Source: Acidobacteriota bacterium (GTDB lineage Bacteria; Acidobacteriota; Thermoanaerobaculia; Multivoradales; J023). From it: 56,189 nucleotides of DNA. Shown in pieces: positions 39,253 through 48,483 of the stretch. Each line of letters opens with the position of its first letter. The first letter of the stretch is position 1. The notes under the pieces are model-generated. The model made no database searches. It saw only the letters and a list, made by a program, of their open reading frames with translations, and was not told the DNA's origin. The stretch covers positions 1-56,189 of the forward strand of contig RFGL01000092.1 of NCBI GenBank assembly GCA_003697015.1. Reading direction: 5' to 3'. Made by a program: the position numbers and the translations under genes.

Positions 39253-39945
39253 ATGCGCCGCGCCGCAGGCGAGATCGGCCTTTGCGCGACGTGCCCCCGT
39301 ACGGTGCGGGAGCGCCCCTTGGCGCGCCGCAGGGGCGCGGGATCCGTGATTGCGCTTCTGGTCTGCCTCGCGTTGAAGGCGGATGGCCAGGGCGAGCTGT
39401 GGCAGCTCACCCTTCAGATGCCGCTCTACGCCCCCGGTCCGTGCGAAGAGGCAGAGGACTACGCGGCCCCCATGACGCCGCTCTACGCTCGATCCGTAGG
39501 CCGAGGATTGCGCAACTGCTACGAAACCGTTTCGCAGGAAGAGCTTGAGGGCTACGTCGACACGCTGCGTCAAGAGGGGCGGCCGATCACCGTCAGCGAA
39601 TTCCTTGGGGGCGAGATCGCGGAGATCGTGCTGACTTACGTCGATCCCCATCTCTCCCCCTCAGAAGCCGAAGCGTTGGTTCGCGACTTCCTGGCGTCGA
39701 TCGTCATCTCCCCCGACCACCCCAACGAATCTCCTCAGCTGGTTCCGGGCTGGGCGGAACTCGTCCCGGTGCAAGCGGCGGCCGACCTGCATTTCACGGA
39801 TGGTTCACGCGGGAAGATCGAGATCGGCGGATCGCACCTCGCGGTCAAGGACCGCCGGGGAATCGTCTGGTTCGAGCGGTGGTGGGCCCACTTCCCCCGT
39901 CGTACCGGCGCGGTTGAGCGGACGAGCCCCGAAAGCGACGGCTGA
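39253..39945 (+). CDS. Hypothetical (possibly exported) protein
   Basis: Follows the previous stop directly. Protein-like composition after VIALLVCLALKA. Start uncertain. Confidence 0.5.
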   Translation: MRRAAGEIGLCATCPRTVRERPLARRRGAGSVIALLVCLALKADGQGELWQLTLQMPLYAPGPCEEAEDYAAPMTPLYARSVGRGLRNCYETVSQEELEGYVDTLRQEGRPITVSEFLGGEIAEIVLTYVDPHLSPSEAEALVRDFLASIVISPDHPNESPQLVPGWAELVPVQAAADLHFTDGSRGKIEIGGSHLAVKDRRGIVWFERWWAHFPRRTGAVERTSPESDG

Positions 39946-40020
39946 ACGAGGTTGCGAAGCGATCGCTGCGGATGCCGTGGCTCCTCGGTTGAGGACGCGC
40001 GACGGCGCAGTTGCGGGCAG

Positions 40021-40050
40021 AAGAAAAGCCGGCGGCCGAGGCCGCCGGCT
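40021..40050 (-). terminator. Rho-independent terminator of the 40090 gene
   Basis: Inverted repeat AGCCGGCGGCC/GGCCGCCGGCT followed by TTTCTT on the minus strand. Confidence 0.75.
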
Positions 40051-40089
40051 GGCGATCGCGCGGGTGCTTGGGGACCCGCCGCCGGGGGA

Positions 40090-42639
40090 TCAGTTGACGC
40101 TGGCGTCGGCGAAACCGCCGATGGTCGACTGGACGCAGACCGTGCTCAGCGCGCCGGCGTTCTTCTGCCGCAGGATGAAGCGGCCGTTGCGCTGCACCTT
40201 GACGAAGGCGAGGACGTTGCCGGTGCAGCCGGTGCTGCCGGCGGCGCCGTCGAAGACCGTCACCCAGTCGGCGAAGGTGCCGGTTTCGCTCATCGGCTCG
40301 AGGCGGCCGCGGATGCGCAGGGCATCGCCGCGCTGGATGGCGCGCAGGCTGCGCACCGAGTCGTCCTCGTCCGGGCCCTCGAAGAGCGGATGGGGCGAGA
40401 AGATGTCGTTGTCGTGGAAGAGGTCGTCGAATTGGTAGAAGACCTGGCCTGAGGCCCGCGGCAGCTCGATGGTCGCCGACAGGGTCTTGCCGGCGAAGAC
40501 CGGGGCACCGTGGCTGAAGGTCAGATCCGCCCAGTAGCCGCCGTCACGCCCCTTGGCGGGGTCGAGGAAGAGGGTGCCGTTGTTGGGGTTGATCCACAGG
40601 AAGGGACGCCATGCGCCGGTCGGCGGGATGATGTCGCCGCACTGCGGATCGCCCTGGCAGGGGTTGCGCAGGAAGGGCGGGAAGCGCAGCTCGGTCGGAT
40701 GGTCCGGGTTGCCGTTCACCCCCTGGAGCGGCGGCGGCGGCCAGTTGAGCACGCCGTGCGGGTTGTACTTGGCGATGTCCTGCGGGCAGAAGCCCGGTTC
40801 CGCCTCGGGACAGAACTGGGCGACGCCGTAGCCTTCGGTCTTCTGGCCGATCACCAGGCCGGGGAGGCCGTCGGCGTCGCGCAGGGGGAAGGGGGCCGGA
40901 TTGACCGTGTCGGTGATGATGAAGGGCGGCGGGTTGAAGCGGAAGTCGCCCTGGCGCGCCTCTTCCGAGTACTGGTAGCCGTAGAAGGTGCCGTCGAAGC
41001 CGCCCTTGAAGGGCTTGAGCTTGGCGCGGTCCGAGCCGCGCGGGAAGACGCCCTGCTGCTGGATGACGTCGTAGTGGGGACGGAAGCCCCAGCCCGCCCG
41101 CCACTGCATCTCCGCCACCTTGGGCGCACCGTAGCTGGGCTTGAAGTTCATGATCTCGAAGCTGGTCTCGCCCCCGCCGCAGCAGCGCAGGATGTCGTCG
41201 TGCAGGCGGGTCCCGAAGTCGACGTTGCGGAAGTAGTGGGTGTGTTTGTCGAGGTTGATCAGCTTGACCTTGAAGACCTCTCCCTGATCCCAACCGATGA
41301 TCTCGTTCAGGAACGGGCCTTCGCCGTACATTTCGTTGTTCATGAAGACGGTGATCATGTTGTACTCGCCGAAGTCGCCGAGGGCGAGGCCGTCTTCCTG
41401 CTCGAGCAGGTCCCAGGCCTCCGGCGGCAGCTGGCGCTGTTCTTTCACCAGGTCGGCCCAGTCGATCCAGGTGCCGCGCGGGCCGGCGTCCTCGTCGATC
41501 AACCACTGCAGTACCTCGACGGTGGAGGCGGTGCCGTCGATCACCGCCTTGGCGACGTTGTACATCTTTTTCTCGGGGGCGGCGTCCGAGATCAGGTCGA
41601 TGATCAGGTCTTCGCGGTTGCGGTAGGCGAAGGACTTGCCCTGCGGGTCGAGCTCGATCTCGCCGGTGTGCTGATTCTGGATCTCATACAGCGGCTGCAT
41701 GAACTGGATGCGCGGCGGGTGGACGCGCCAGCCCCAGTCGTAGACGCCGCGGATCATGCGGATCGGCGGGTACTTGACCGTCAGGTCCACCACCTGGCCG
41801 GCGTTGAAGGCCACCCACACCGAGTCGAATCCCTTGAACGGAAAGGACACGGTGTTCTGCGCCATGCGCCGGTCGAGCATCACCAGGGTGGGGGAGAAGT
41901 CCTCCCGCACCAGGGAAAAGATGCGGTAGTTGACGTGCAGCACGTCGTCTTTGTCGTGACCGAAGGGGAAGACGACGAAAAACGTATCGGAGTCGATCTG
42001 GCCGTCGTAGTAGAGCAGGTTGATGTCGGCTTCCCAGATCTTGCGCTCCTCCCCGTCGAAGGGGCTGATGAAAGTTTTGCCGCTGTCGCGGGCGACCTTC
42101 ATCTTGTATTCCCCCGGCACCGCGTCCGGCGGGAAGTACTCGGCGCCGATGCTCGGATCCTTCCAGCGGTTGAAGTTGAGCATGGAGAAGCCGTCGTAGA
42201 TCCGCCCCTCGGTCGTGCCGAGGAGGATGTCCATCAGGTCTTCGGCGGCCGCGCGCAGGCCCGCGTCGTCGCCGATCTGGGCGGCGGTGACCATGTCCTG
42301 AAGCGCCGCGCGCATGTCGTCGTTGGGGCTGGCGACGTGGGTGATCGGGTGCCCGAGCATGCTGAGGGTGGTGCCGCTGAAGGCGTCCTCGAAGACGACG
42401 TCGCCGTCGATGTTGCTCTGCTCCACCCCGTCGATCGACTGGTCGGTGTTGGGAACGCGCACGTCGCGGTTCTCCAGGAACGAGCTGACGGGCTCGAGGA
42501 TGCCCGGCTCGTTGTCGTCGATCACCTGGGCGAACGACCCGGCGACCGAGCCGAGAAACAACGCGCAGGCCACGAACGCGCGAAGGCCAGCAGGCCGCCC
42601 GCAAGGGCTGCCGGTGCGCAAGGTCGGTTGGCGGTTCAT
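40090..42639 (-). CDS. Large secreted protein of unknown function (about 849 aa)
   Basis: GGAGG RBS before ATG at 42639, signal peptide ending ...GSFA-Q, strong codon bias, aromatic/His motifs. Confidence 0.8.
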   Translation of the reverse strand: MNRQPTLRTGSPCGRPAGLRAFVACALFLGSVAGSFAQVIDDNEPGILEPVSSFLENRDVRVPNTDQSIDGVEQSNIDGDVVFEDAFSGTTLSMLGHPITHVASPNDDMRAALQDMVTAAQIGDDAGLRAAAEDLMDILLGTTEGRIYDGFSMLNFNRWKDPSIGAEYFPPDAVPGEYKMKVARDSGKTFISPFDGEERKIWEADINLLYYDGQIDSDTFFVVFPFGHDKDDVLHVNYRIFSLVREDFSPTLVMLDRRMAQNTVSFPFKGFDSVWVAFNAGQVVDLTVKYPPIRMIRGVYDWGWRVHPPRIQFMQPLYEIQNQHTGEIELDPQGKSFAYRNREDLIIDLISDAAPEKKMYNVAKAVIDGTASTVEVLQWLIDEDAGPRGTWIDWADLVKEQRQLPPEAWDLLEQEDGLALGDFGEYNMITVFMNNEMYGEGPFLNEIIGWDQGEVFKVKLINLDKHTHYFRNVDFGTRLHDDILRCCGGGETSFEIMNFKPSYGAPKVAEMQWRAGWGFRPHYDVIQQQGVFPRGSDRAKLKPFKGGFDGTFYGYQYSEEARQGDFRFNPPPFIITDTVNPAPFPLRDADGLPGLVIGQKTEGYGVAQFCPEAEPGFCPQDIAKYNPHGVLNWPPPPLQGVNGNPDHPTELRFPPFLRNPCQGDPQCGDIIPPTGAWRPFLWINPNNGTLFLDPAKGRDGGYWADLTFSHGAPVFAGKTLSATIELPRASGQVFYQFDDLFHDNDIFSPHPLFEGPDEDDSVRSLRAIQRGDALRIRGRLEPMSETGTFADWVTVFDGAAGSTGCTGNVLAFVKVQRNGRFILRQKNAGALSTVCVQSTIGGFADASVN

Positions 42640-42766
42640 AGAGGTCCTCCTTTTGTGCTCGAAGTGCTCAGGCTTCCGGGCTCGCTCGACGCCGGCCGAA
42701 GGTCGCGTGGTGAGCTCTCGCCGGACGCTCGTTTGTCCATCCCCCATCGATGGCAGGATCGGGTCC

Positions 42767-42796
42767 AGAATACGAGAAAGTCAAGGGCTTCGTCAA
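42767..42796 (-). promoter_or_regulatory. Putative sigma70 promoter for the 42639 gene
   Basis: Minus strand TTGACG-N18-TATTCT in an AT-richer patch. Confidence 0.45.
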
Positions 42797-43059
42797 GGTT
42801 TTTGTTCGGAAGAAAAGCATTGCGCCGCGTCCGGGTGCGCCGCCGGCCGGCGGTTCAGAAATCCACATCTTTTTCCACATCTTTCGCACGGGTTTTGTTT
42901 GCCATGACGGTGAGTTGTGGCTCGATGTCGTGGCCGGCAGCAGCGATGGTGTGGCTCGAAAGTTGTGGATCAGCCGCTCGTCGCACGCCGGCGGAAGCGG
43001 CGGCTGCCGGCGGTGGCCGGCAACGCTGCGGGGCGGGCGCAGGGCCTGCGTCCGGCGGC

Positions 43060-44010
43060 TCATTCCCAGTCGCTCCCCGCGGGTGGGCGGTGGCTTTGGC
43101 CGGTCTTCCAACCGGCGAGGAGGGCGCTGTCCCGCGCCTGCTGGCGCCGTCGCTCCGCCGCCAGCGCCTCGTCGAGCTGCGGCCGCAGGGAGGGCGGCAG
43201 CCGGTCGCGCAGCCAGGTCAGCCGTTCGCTCGGGAAGCGGCTCGGCTCGGTCTCGGGCCAGATCCCGCGCGCCGCAGCCCAGAAGCCGAGGGACGGATCG
43301 CCGACCGCCGCGGCCGGCGGCTGCAAGCCGCGATCGCGCAGCCGGCGGAGTAGGCGTGACCAGCAGTCGACGCTGTCGGGCTCGCCGGCGCCGGCGGCGA
43401 TCAGCTCCTCTTCGCCGCCGGTGCCGATGCCGATGACGACCAGGAGGTGTTGGCGGTCGCTCCGGTGGCGCAGGTGGATGCCGCCGGGGCGCAGGTAGAG
43501 GTCGTCGCGGCGGCTGAGATCGCTGCTGGCGAAGCGGCGGCAGGCGGCGCGCCAGGCTTCGCCGATGCGCTCGGCGAGAGCCGGTTCGAGGTCGCCGGCG
43601 ACGTCGCCGGCGAGCGCGAGGGAGCGCCCGCCGTCGCTCAGGGCGCGCAGATAGAGCAGCGGCAGGGCGTCGATCAGGGTCGTGGCGCGGCGGGCGTAGG
43701 GCGGCAGGATCCGGCTGGTGAAGCGCCGCCGCCGCCCGTCCTCGCTGAGCCGCCGGTCGTCGACCCGCGGGGCGGCGATCTCGACGCTGCCGTGGCCGAG
43801 GAAGATCTTGCGCCGCCGCGCCCGACCGTTGCGCACCACCAGGGCGTGGCCGCGCGCATCGCGCTCGTGGCGATGCCGCTCGAGGTAGAGCTCGACCTCG
43901 GCCTCGAGGGCCTGGAGGAGCATCTCCCGCGCCCCCTGGAGGACGATCCGCTCCAGGGTCCGGGTCAGCTCGTCCAGCCGTTCTGGACGGTTGTCGCGCA
44001 CGATCAGCAT
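43060..44010 (-). CDS. IS256-family transposase-derived protein, apparently catalytically degenerate
   Basis: VVRNG, PRVDDRR, FTSRILPPYARR, LYLRALS, VGDPSLGFWAA align with IS256 transposases. The first DDE Asp context is RPGGIH, and the CxxH motif and C-terminal Glu region are missing. Confidence 0.7.
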   Translation of the reverse strand: MLIVRDNRPERLDELTRTLERIVLQGAREMLLQALEAEVELYLERHRHERDARGHALVVRNGRARRRKIFLGHGSVEIAAPRVDDRRLSEDGRRRRFTSRILPPYARRATTLIDALPLLYLRALSDGGRSLALAGDVAGDLEPALAERIGEAWRAACRRFASSDLSRRDDLYLRPGGIHLRHRSDRQHLLVVIGIGTGGEEELIAAGAGEPDSVDCWSRLLRRLRDRGLQPPAAAVGDPSLGFWAAARGIWPETEPSRFPSERLTWLRDRLPPSLRPQLDEALAAERRRQQARDSALLAGWKTGQSHRPPAGSDWE

Positions 44011-44248
44011 GAACCTTGATCCGCCTTCGTATCCCCGCTCGCCCGATGCCGAAACGAAGCCCAGCCTAGGGACAAGGGCGGCGCCGCTTCAAGGAGGCTG
44101 GTTTTTGTGTATCCCGCGCTACAGATTCGGCCCGGCAGGGGACGGCCGAGGCGCTCCCCGCGGCGCCGCCGGCGGCGCGTATACCAAAGTACACACGGCG
44201 GTCGAAAGGCGGCACGCCGCCCGCGGGGGCGGCGTGCCGGGGGAGGGC

Positions 44249-45253
44249 TCAGCGGTCGGTGGAAATCCGTGCCGCTTCGCGCTCGAGACGGCGTGCGGCG
44301 TCGAGCAGCTCCGGATTGGCGAAGGGCCGGGCGGTGAAGCGCTTCAGGCGGTAGGCGCGGGTCTGGTGAACGTCGACCTGAAGCTCGGAGAGGGCGTTGG
44401 GCATGGCGCCGGCGGTGGCCAGGGCGAGGCTGCCGACGCGGTAGGGGCCGGCGAGGCCGCGCTGGTGGAACATCAGGCCGTAGAAGGGAACCTCCAACCA
44501 GTGCTTGCCGGGCTCCAGACGGGCGGCGCTCTGGGCGGTGCCCACCGGCTCGCCGTCGGCGCCGTAGAGGGTCGCCGCCAGGTGGAATCGGCCGGCGCGG
44601 CTGACCTCGACCTCGGCGGCGATCACCAGGTTGCCGTCCACCACGCGGTCGCGGTAGCGGCCGGTGAGGCGGGCCCAGGGCCGGCTGTAGAGGAAGCCGC
44701 CGGTGGCCAGGCGCTGTGTGCCGCCGGGCAGGGTGGCGCGAACGCGCACGGCGAAACTCTCGGCGAGCTCGGGCAGCAGCTCCTGCGGCAGCTCGAAGCG
44801 CACCGCGTGCACCCCGTCGCCGGCCACGGCGTCGGCTTCGAGGCCGTCGTCGCGGAAGTCGAGGGTGGCGACGACTTCGCCGTTCTCGCGCACCACCTCG
44901 CCGGTGACCACCGCCCGCCGCAGCACCTTGTCGAAGGTGTCGGCGAGGCGGGCGTAGAGCTCGACCGGCCGCGGGTGCTCGAAGCTCACCTCGGCGGCCC
45001 ACACCGCGAGGGTGGGGCCGCTGCCGTTCTCGCCCCGGGCCACGATCGGGCTCGGGGTGCGCTTGGCGCGCACCGGGTCGGCATCGCCGGGAAAGAGGAC
45101 GTGGCAGTTCTCGGGGTATGCCGCCTGGGCCCGATAGTCCTTGGCGGTCTCGCGCAGCAGCCAGCCGGGCTCGGGCTGGGCGAGGGTGGGGACGGCGGCG
45201 AGCACCAGGCCCGCGACGGCGCTCAGGACGGGGACTGTGATCTTGTTGCGCAT
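44249..45253 (-). CDS. Secreted accessory protein with a DDG...D...GDG (choice-of-anchor X-like) motif
   Basis: Signal peptide; FRDDGLEADAVAGDGVHA; starts 18 nt downstream of the hydrolase gene. Confidence 0.7.
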   Translation of the reverse strand: MRNKITVPVLSAVAGLVLAAVPTLAQPEPGWLLRETAKDYRAQAAYPENCHVLFPGDADPVRAKRTPSPIVARGENGSGPTLAVWAAEVSFEHPRPVELYARLADTFDKVLRRAVVTGEVVRENGEVVATLDFRDDGLEADAVAGDGVHAVRFELPQELLPELAESFAVRVRATLPGGTQRLATGGFLYSRPWARLTGRYRDRVVDGNLVIAAEVEVSRAGRFHLAATLYGADGEPVGTAQSAARLEPGKHWLEVPFYGLMFHQRGLAGPYRVGSLALATAGAMPNALSELQVDVHQTRAYRLKRFTARPFANPELLDAARRLEREAARISTDR

Positions 45254-45271
45254 GATCGTCTCGCTCCTCGC

Positions 45272-46273
45272 CTAGTAGAGCAGGCTGATGAATTGGGCGG
45301 TGGTCATCGAGGTTTGCACCAGGGTGTTGGGGGCGCAGGGGGCGCCGCCGCAATTCCAGATGCCGTCGGGGATCTGGCGCCGGTCGTCCGAGTCGCTGGC
45401 GTTGCGCTCGTCGTCGTGGTTCTCGTGCGCGCCGTCGAGGTTGCGGAAGCCCGAGGACTCCTGCTTGAAGCTGTTGCCGCAGACGTTCGAGTTGTTGTAG
45501 CTGGCGGTGGCGCTGCCGCCGCAGGCGAATTGGGAGGCGTACTGAACCACCCCATCGTCTTCGCCCGACAGGCAGGCGCTGGCGCCGAAGATGGCCTCGT
45601 AGCCGCCGGTCATCCAGACGTTCTTGGCCGGCGCGTTGGAGAAGGTCTTGACCTGCACGCCGTCGTCGCTGCGCAGCCAGAAGGTGGCGGTGTCGCAGTC
45701 CTGGATGAAGGAGGCGATGAAGTTGCACAGGAAGGAGCCGTCGCCGCACACCGCGTCGGCCCCCTCCGAGCCGCGGTGGGCGCCGCCGGTGGTGATCACC
45801 AGGCTGATGCGGCTCGCCACCTGGTCGTAGGGGCCGTTGAAGTTGAAGTTGGGGTCGGAGGGGTCGTTGTTGCCGAGGATGAAGTCCATCACCGTGCCGC
45901 CCATGGAGTGGGCGATGACCCAGAAGCTGCCGCCCTGCGCCCAGGTCGTGGCGCAGCGGTTGCCGCCGCCGTCGGCGCCGCCGTTGGTGGCGTTGACGAT
46001 CTCGTTGGCGACCTCGCCGGCGGCCTGGGAACCCCAGTAGGGGTTGGTGCCGTTGTAGCCCACGACGTAGAACGAGGCCTGGAAGTTCTTGGTCGCGGTG
46101 CGGACGAAGTCGTTCGAGCCCTTCACCCAATAGTTGCGGGCGTTGTTCCAGTTGGTGAAGGTGCCGGTGTCGGTCTGCTTGCCGTGCACGAAGATCAGGC
46201 ACGGCTGCGCCAGGGCGCTGGGCGCGAAGGCGGCGAGGGCCGCCAGGGCCAGCGAGGCGATGCGCCATCTCAT
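45272..46273 (-). CDS. Secreted alpha/beta hydrolase (lipase-like), Cys-rich
   Basis: Signal peptide, FVHG oxyanion motif, AHSMG nucleophile elbow, HRGSEGAD, DDGVV, ENHDD. Confidence 0.8.
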   Translation of the reverse strand: MRWRIASLALAALAAFAPSALAQPCLIFVHGKQTDTGTFTNWNNARNYWVKGSNDFVRTATKNFQASFYVVGYNGTNPYWGSQAAGEVANEIVNATNGGADGGGNRCATTWAQGGSFWVIAHSMGGTVMDFILGNNDPSDPNFNFNGPYDQVASRISLVITTGGAHRGSEGADAVCGDGSFLCNFIASFIQDCDTATFWLRSDDGVQVKTFSNAPAKNVWMTGGYEAIFGASACLSGEDDGVVQYASQFACGGSATASYNNSNVCGNSFKQESSGFRNLDGAHENHDDERNASDSDDRRQIPDGIWNCGGAPCAPNTLVQTSMTTAQFISLLY

Positions 46274-46631
46274 GTCGTTGCTCCTCTCTCGGTGGATGGA
46301 AGGGTGGGACGCGGGGGCGTCCCGCTCGCCGGCACGCGGGGACGCGGCGGCGAGGGCTTCGCTGCCGCCGCGAGGAGGGAATGGGCGACCCGCCGGCCGT
46401 CAGCCGGTGAGCGCGTCGACCGGACGCATCGTGCCGGCGGCGCGGATCGCAGGTCCGCGCGCCGGCCGTCGCCGCCGGGCCCCCCCTCGGCCATGCGGTC
46501 GCCAGCGCCCCCTCAGGGCGCCGGGTCGCGTACGCTTACGACGGCGCAGCGAGTCTACACGAGCTGCGGCCGGCGTGGGGCGAGAATCCGCAGTGCTGCG
46601 CCCTGCCCCGCCGGCCGGGAGGATGGGCGAC

Positions 46632-47276
46632 ATGCCGCACCAGCAGCCCGAGCCGCACCACCCGCCCGAGCGCCTGCGCCTCGCCGACCTGCCGGAGGAT
46701 CCGCTTGAGCTCTTCGCCGCCTGGTACCGGCGGGCGGTGGCGGTGGCGCACCTGCGCTACCCCAACGCCATGTGCCTGTCGACGGCGTCGCCGGACGGGC
46801 GGCCGGAGGGGCGCTTCGTCATCGTCCACGCCTGGGGCGAGGACGGCTTCCTCTTCCTCACCGACGCGCGCTCGGCCAAGGGACGGGCCCTGGCCCACCT
46901 GCCGTACGCCTCGCTGGCGGTCTACTGGGGCGCGCCGCTCGAACTGCAGGTGCGGGTGGAGGGCGGGGTCGAGGTGGCGCCGGAGGAGGACGCCGACCGC
47001 GTCTTCGCCCAGCGCCCGCGCCGCAGCCAGGCCACCCCCTGGGCGTCGCGTCAGAGCGAGGTCACTACCCTCGAGGCCCTCGAGGCGAGCCTGGCCGAGG
47101 TCGACCGCCGCTTCGCCGGCCGCGATCCTCTGCCGCGGCCGCCCCACTGGCGCGCCTACCGTCTCCTCCCCGAGACCATGGAGTTCTGGGCCGCCCGCCC
47201 GCGTCGTCTCCACGACCGCTTCCGCTACCGCCGCCTGGCCGGCGGCGGGTGGGAGCGCGTACGACTGGCGCCGTGA
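46632..47276 (+). CDS. pdxH: Pyridoxine/pyridoxamine 5'-phosphate oxidase (divergent)
   Basis: PNAMCLST, SAKG, QVRVEG, RPRRSQ, WASRQS, PRPPHW, EFW...RLHDR, RLAP. Start 46623 or 46632. Confidence 0.8.
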   Translation: MPHQQPEPHHPPERLRLADLPEDPLELFAAWYRRAVAVAHLRYPNAMCLSTASPDGRPEGRFVIVHAWGEDGFLFLTDARSAKGRALAHLPYASLAVYWGAPLELQVRVEGGVEVAPEEDADRVFAQRPRRSQATPWASRQSEVTTLEALEASLAEVDRRFAGRDPLPRPPHWRAYRLLPETMEFWAARPRRLHDRFRYRRLAGGGWERVRLAP

Positions 47277-47352
47277 GCGCCGCCCGGGCGCGGGGAGAAC
47301 GATCCCGCAACCGGGCGGGATCGCCTTGCGGACGGGCGGCCTCGGGACGGCG

Positions 47353-48483
47353 TCAGGGCAGCCGGTCGGCGCGCAGGCGATAGCTCCCGCCGGTGCCGTC
47401 AAGGCGCAGGAAGTAGGTGCCGGGGCTGAGGGTTCGCACCAGGGCGACGGCGTCGCGGTCCCCGCCCGGCTGGCTTCCGGCAGCGAGTGCATGGCCGAAT
47501 CGATCGAAGAGCTGGACGGCAGCACCGGCCTCGCTGCGCACCTCGACCGCCACCGTCTGCGGGGTCGGCAGGCGGAAAGCGAAGACGTCTTCGTCGTCGC
47601 CCCAGCCGTTGGCCAGCCGGCCGTCGATCGGGCGCCCGAGAACCATCGGGGTGGCGCAGAGAAAGGCGTCGCCGTGGTCGTCGGCCTCACCCTGCCGGCA
47701 GAGGGCATCGAGCCAGCGTCGCGCGCCGCGCGGCAAGGCGGCGAGGTTGTAGACGCAGGCGACGAAGGGATCGGGATCGATTTCGATTTCGTCGTCGAGA
47801 TCGCTCTTGTTTGCGACGGTCGGGCAGGCGACGAAGGGATCGGGATCGATTTCGATTTCGTCGTCGAGGTCGCTCTTGTTTGCGACGGTCGGGCAGGCGA
47901 CGAAGGGATCGGGATCGATTTCGATTTCGTCGTCGAGGTCGCTCTTAGTTGCGACGGTCGGGCAGGCGACGAAGGGATCGGGATCGATTTCGATTTCGTC
48001 GTCGAGGTCGCTCTTGAGCATCAGGTCACCGGGCTCGACGAAGGCGGTACGCAGCTTGGAGGGCGGCAGGACGGCGCCGGTTTGCTCGGCGATGATGCGG
48101 AAGCGATAGCGACCGGCTTCGCGCACGCCGAGCACCAGGCCGGTGGCGGCACGTTTCCAGTACACGGTCCGCGGCCCCTTGTTCAGGCCGCGATCGACCG
48201 AGCCGAGGAAGTCGAGCCGGGCCCGCGCGGCGTAGCCCGGAGCCGACAGATCGAGAGCGAGGACGCCGCGGGCGGCCAGCTCGACCTCGAAGCAGACGCT
48301 CTCCGCGCCGCCGGCATCACGCCAGGTTTCGCCGGCGGCGAGCGGGATGGCGTCGTCGCACGGGGCGGCGAGAGCCCGCAGGTCCGAGGCTCCGACGCAG
48401 AGGGCCACGACGGCGGCGATCAGAGTCGAAAGAAAGGTTTTTGAGTAAAGCCGTTGTGAAGTCCGGAGGTTGACGTTTGACAT
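47353..48483 (-). CDS. Secreted protein with PPC-like beta domains flanking four acidic 23-aa repeats
   Basis: AAGGAGG RBS before ATG at 48483, signal peptide, DDHGD...DEDVFAF...LSPGTYFLRL...GSYRL (PPC-like). Confidence 0.75.
   Translation of the reverse strand: MSNVNLRTSQRLYSKTFLSTLIAAVVALCVGASDLRALAAPCDDAIPLAAGETWRDAGGAESVCFEVELAARGVLALDLSAPGYAARARLDFLGSVDRGLNKGPRTVYWKRAATGLVLGVREAGRYRFRIIAEQTGAVLPPSKLRTAFVEPGDLMLKSDLDDEIEIDPDPFVACPTVATKSDLDDEIEIDPDPFVACPTVANKSDLDDEIEIDPDPFVACPTVANKSDLDDEIEIDPDPFVACVYNLAALPRGARRWLDALCRQGEADDHGDAFLCATPMVLGRPIDGRLANGWGDDEDVFAFRLPTPQTVAVEVRSEAGAAVQLFDRFGHALAAGSQPGGDRDAVALVRTLSPGTYFLRLDGTGGSYRLRADRLP
47755..48015 (-). repeat. Intragenic 69-bp tandem repeat (about 3.8 copies) encoding KSDLDDEIEIDPDPFVAC(PTVAN/T)
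   Basis: GACGAAGGGATCGGG recurs at 47761, 47830, 47899 and 47968; the copies are nearly identical. Confidence 0.95.

Noticed and set aside
43060-44010. Active IS256 insertion sequence
   Set aside because: Catalytic motifs are missing, and no terminal inverted repeats or target duplication were seen.
47755-48015. Classical RiPP gene cluster or DGR template
   Set aside because: No modifying enzymes, transporter or reverse transcriptase nearby; the repeats are in-frame within a larger protein.
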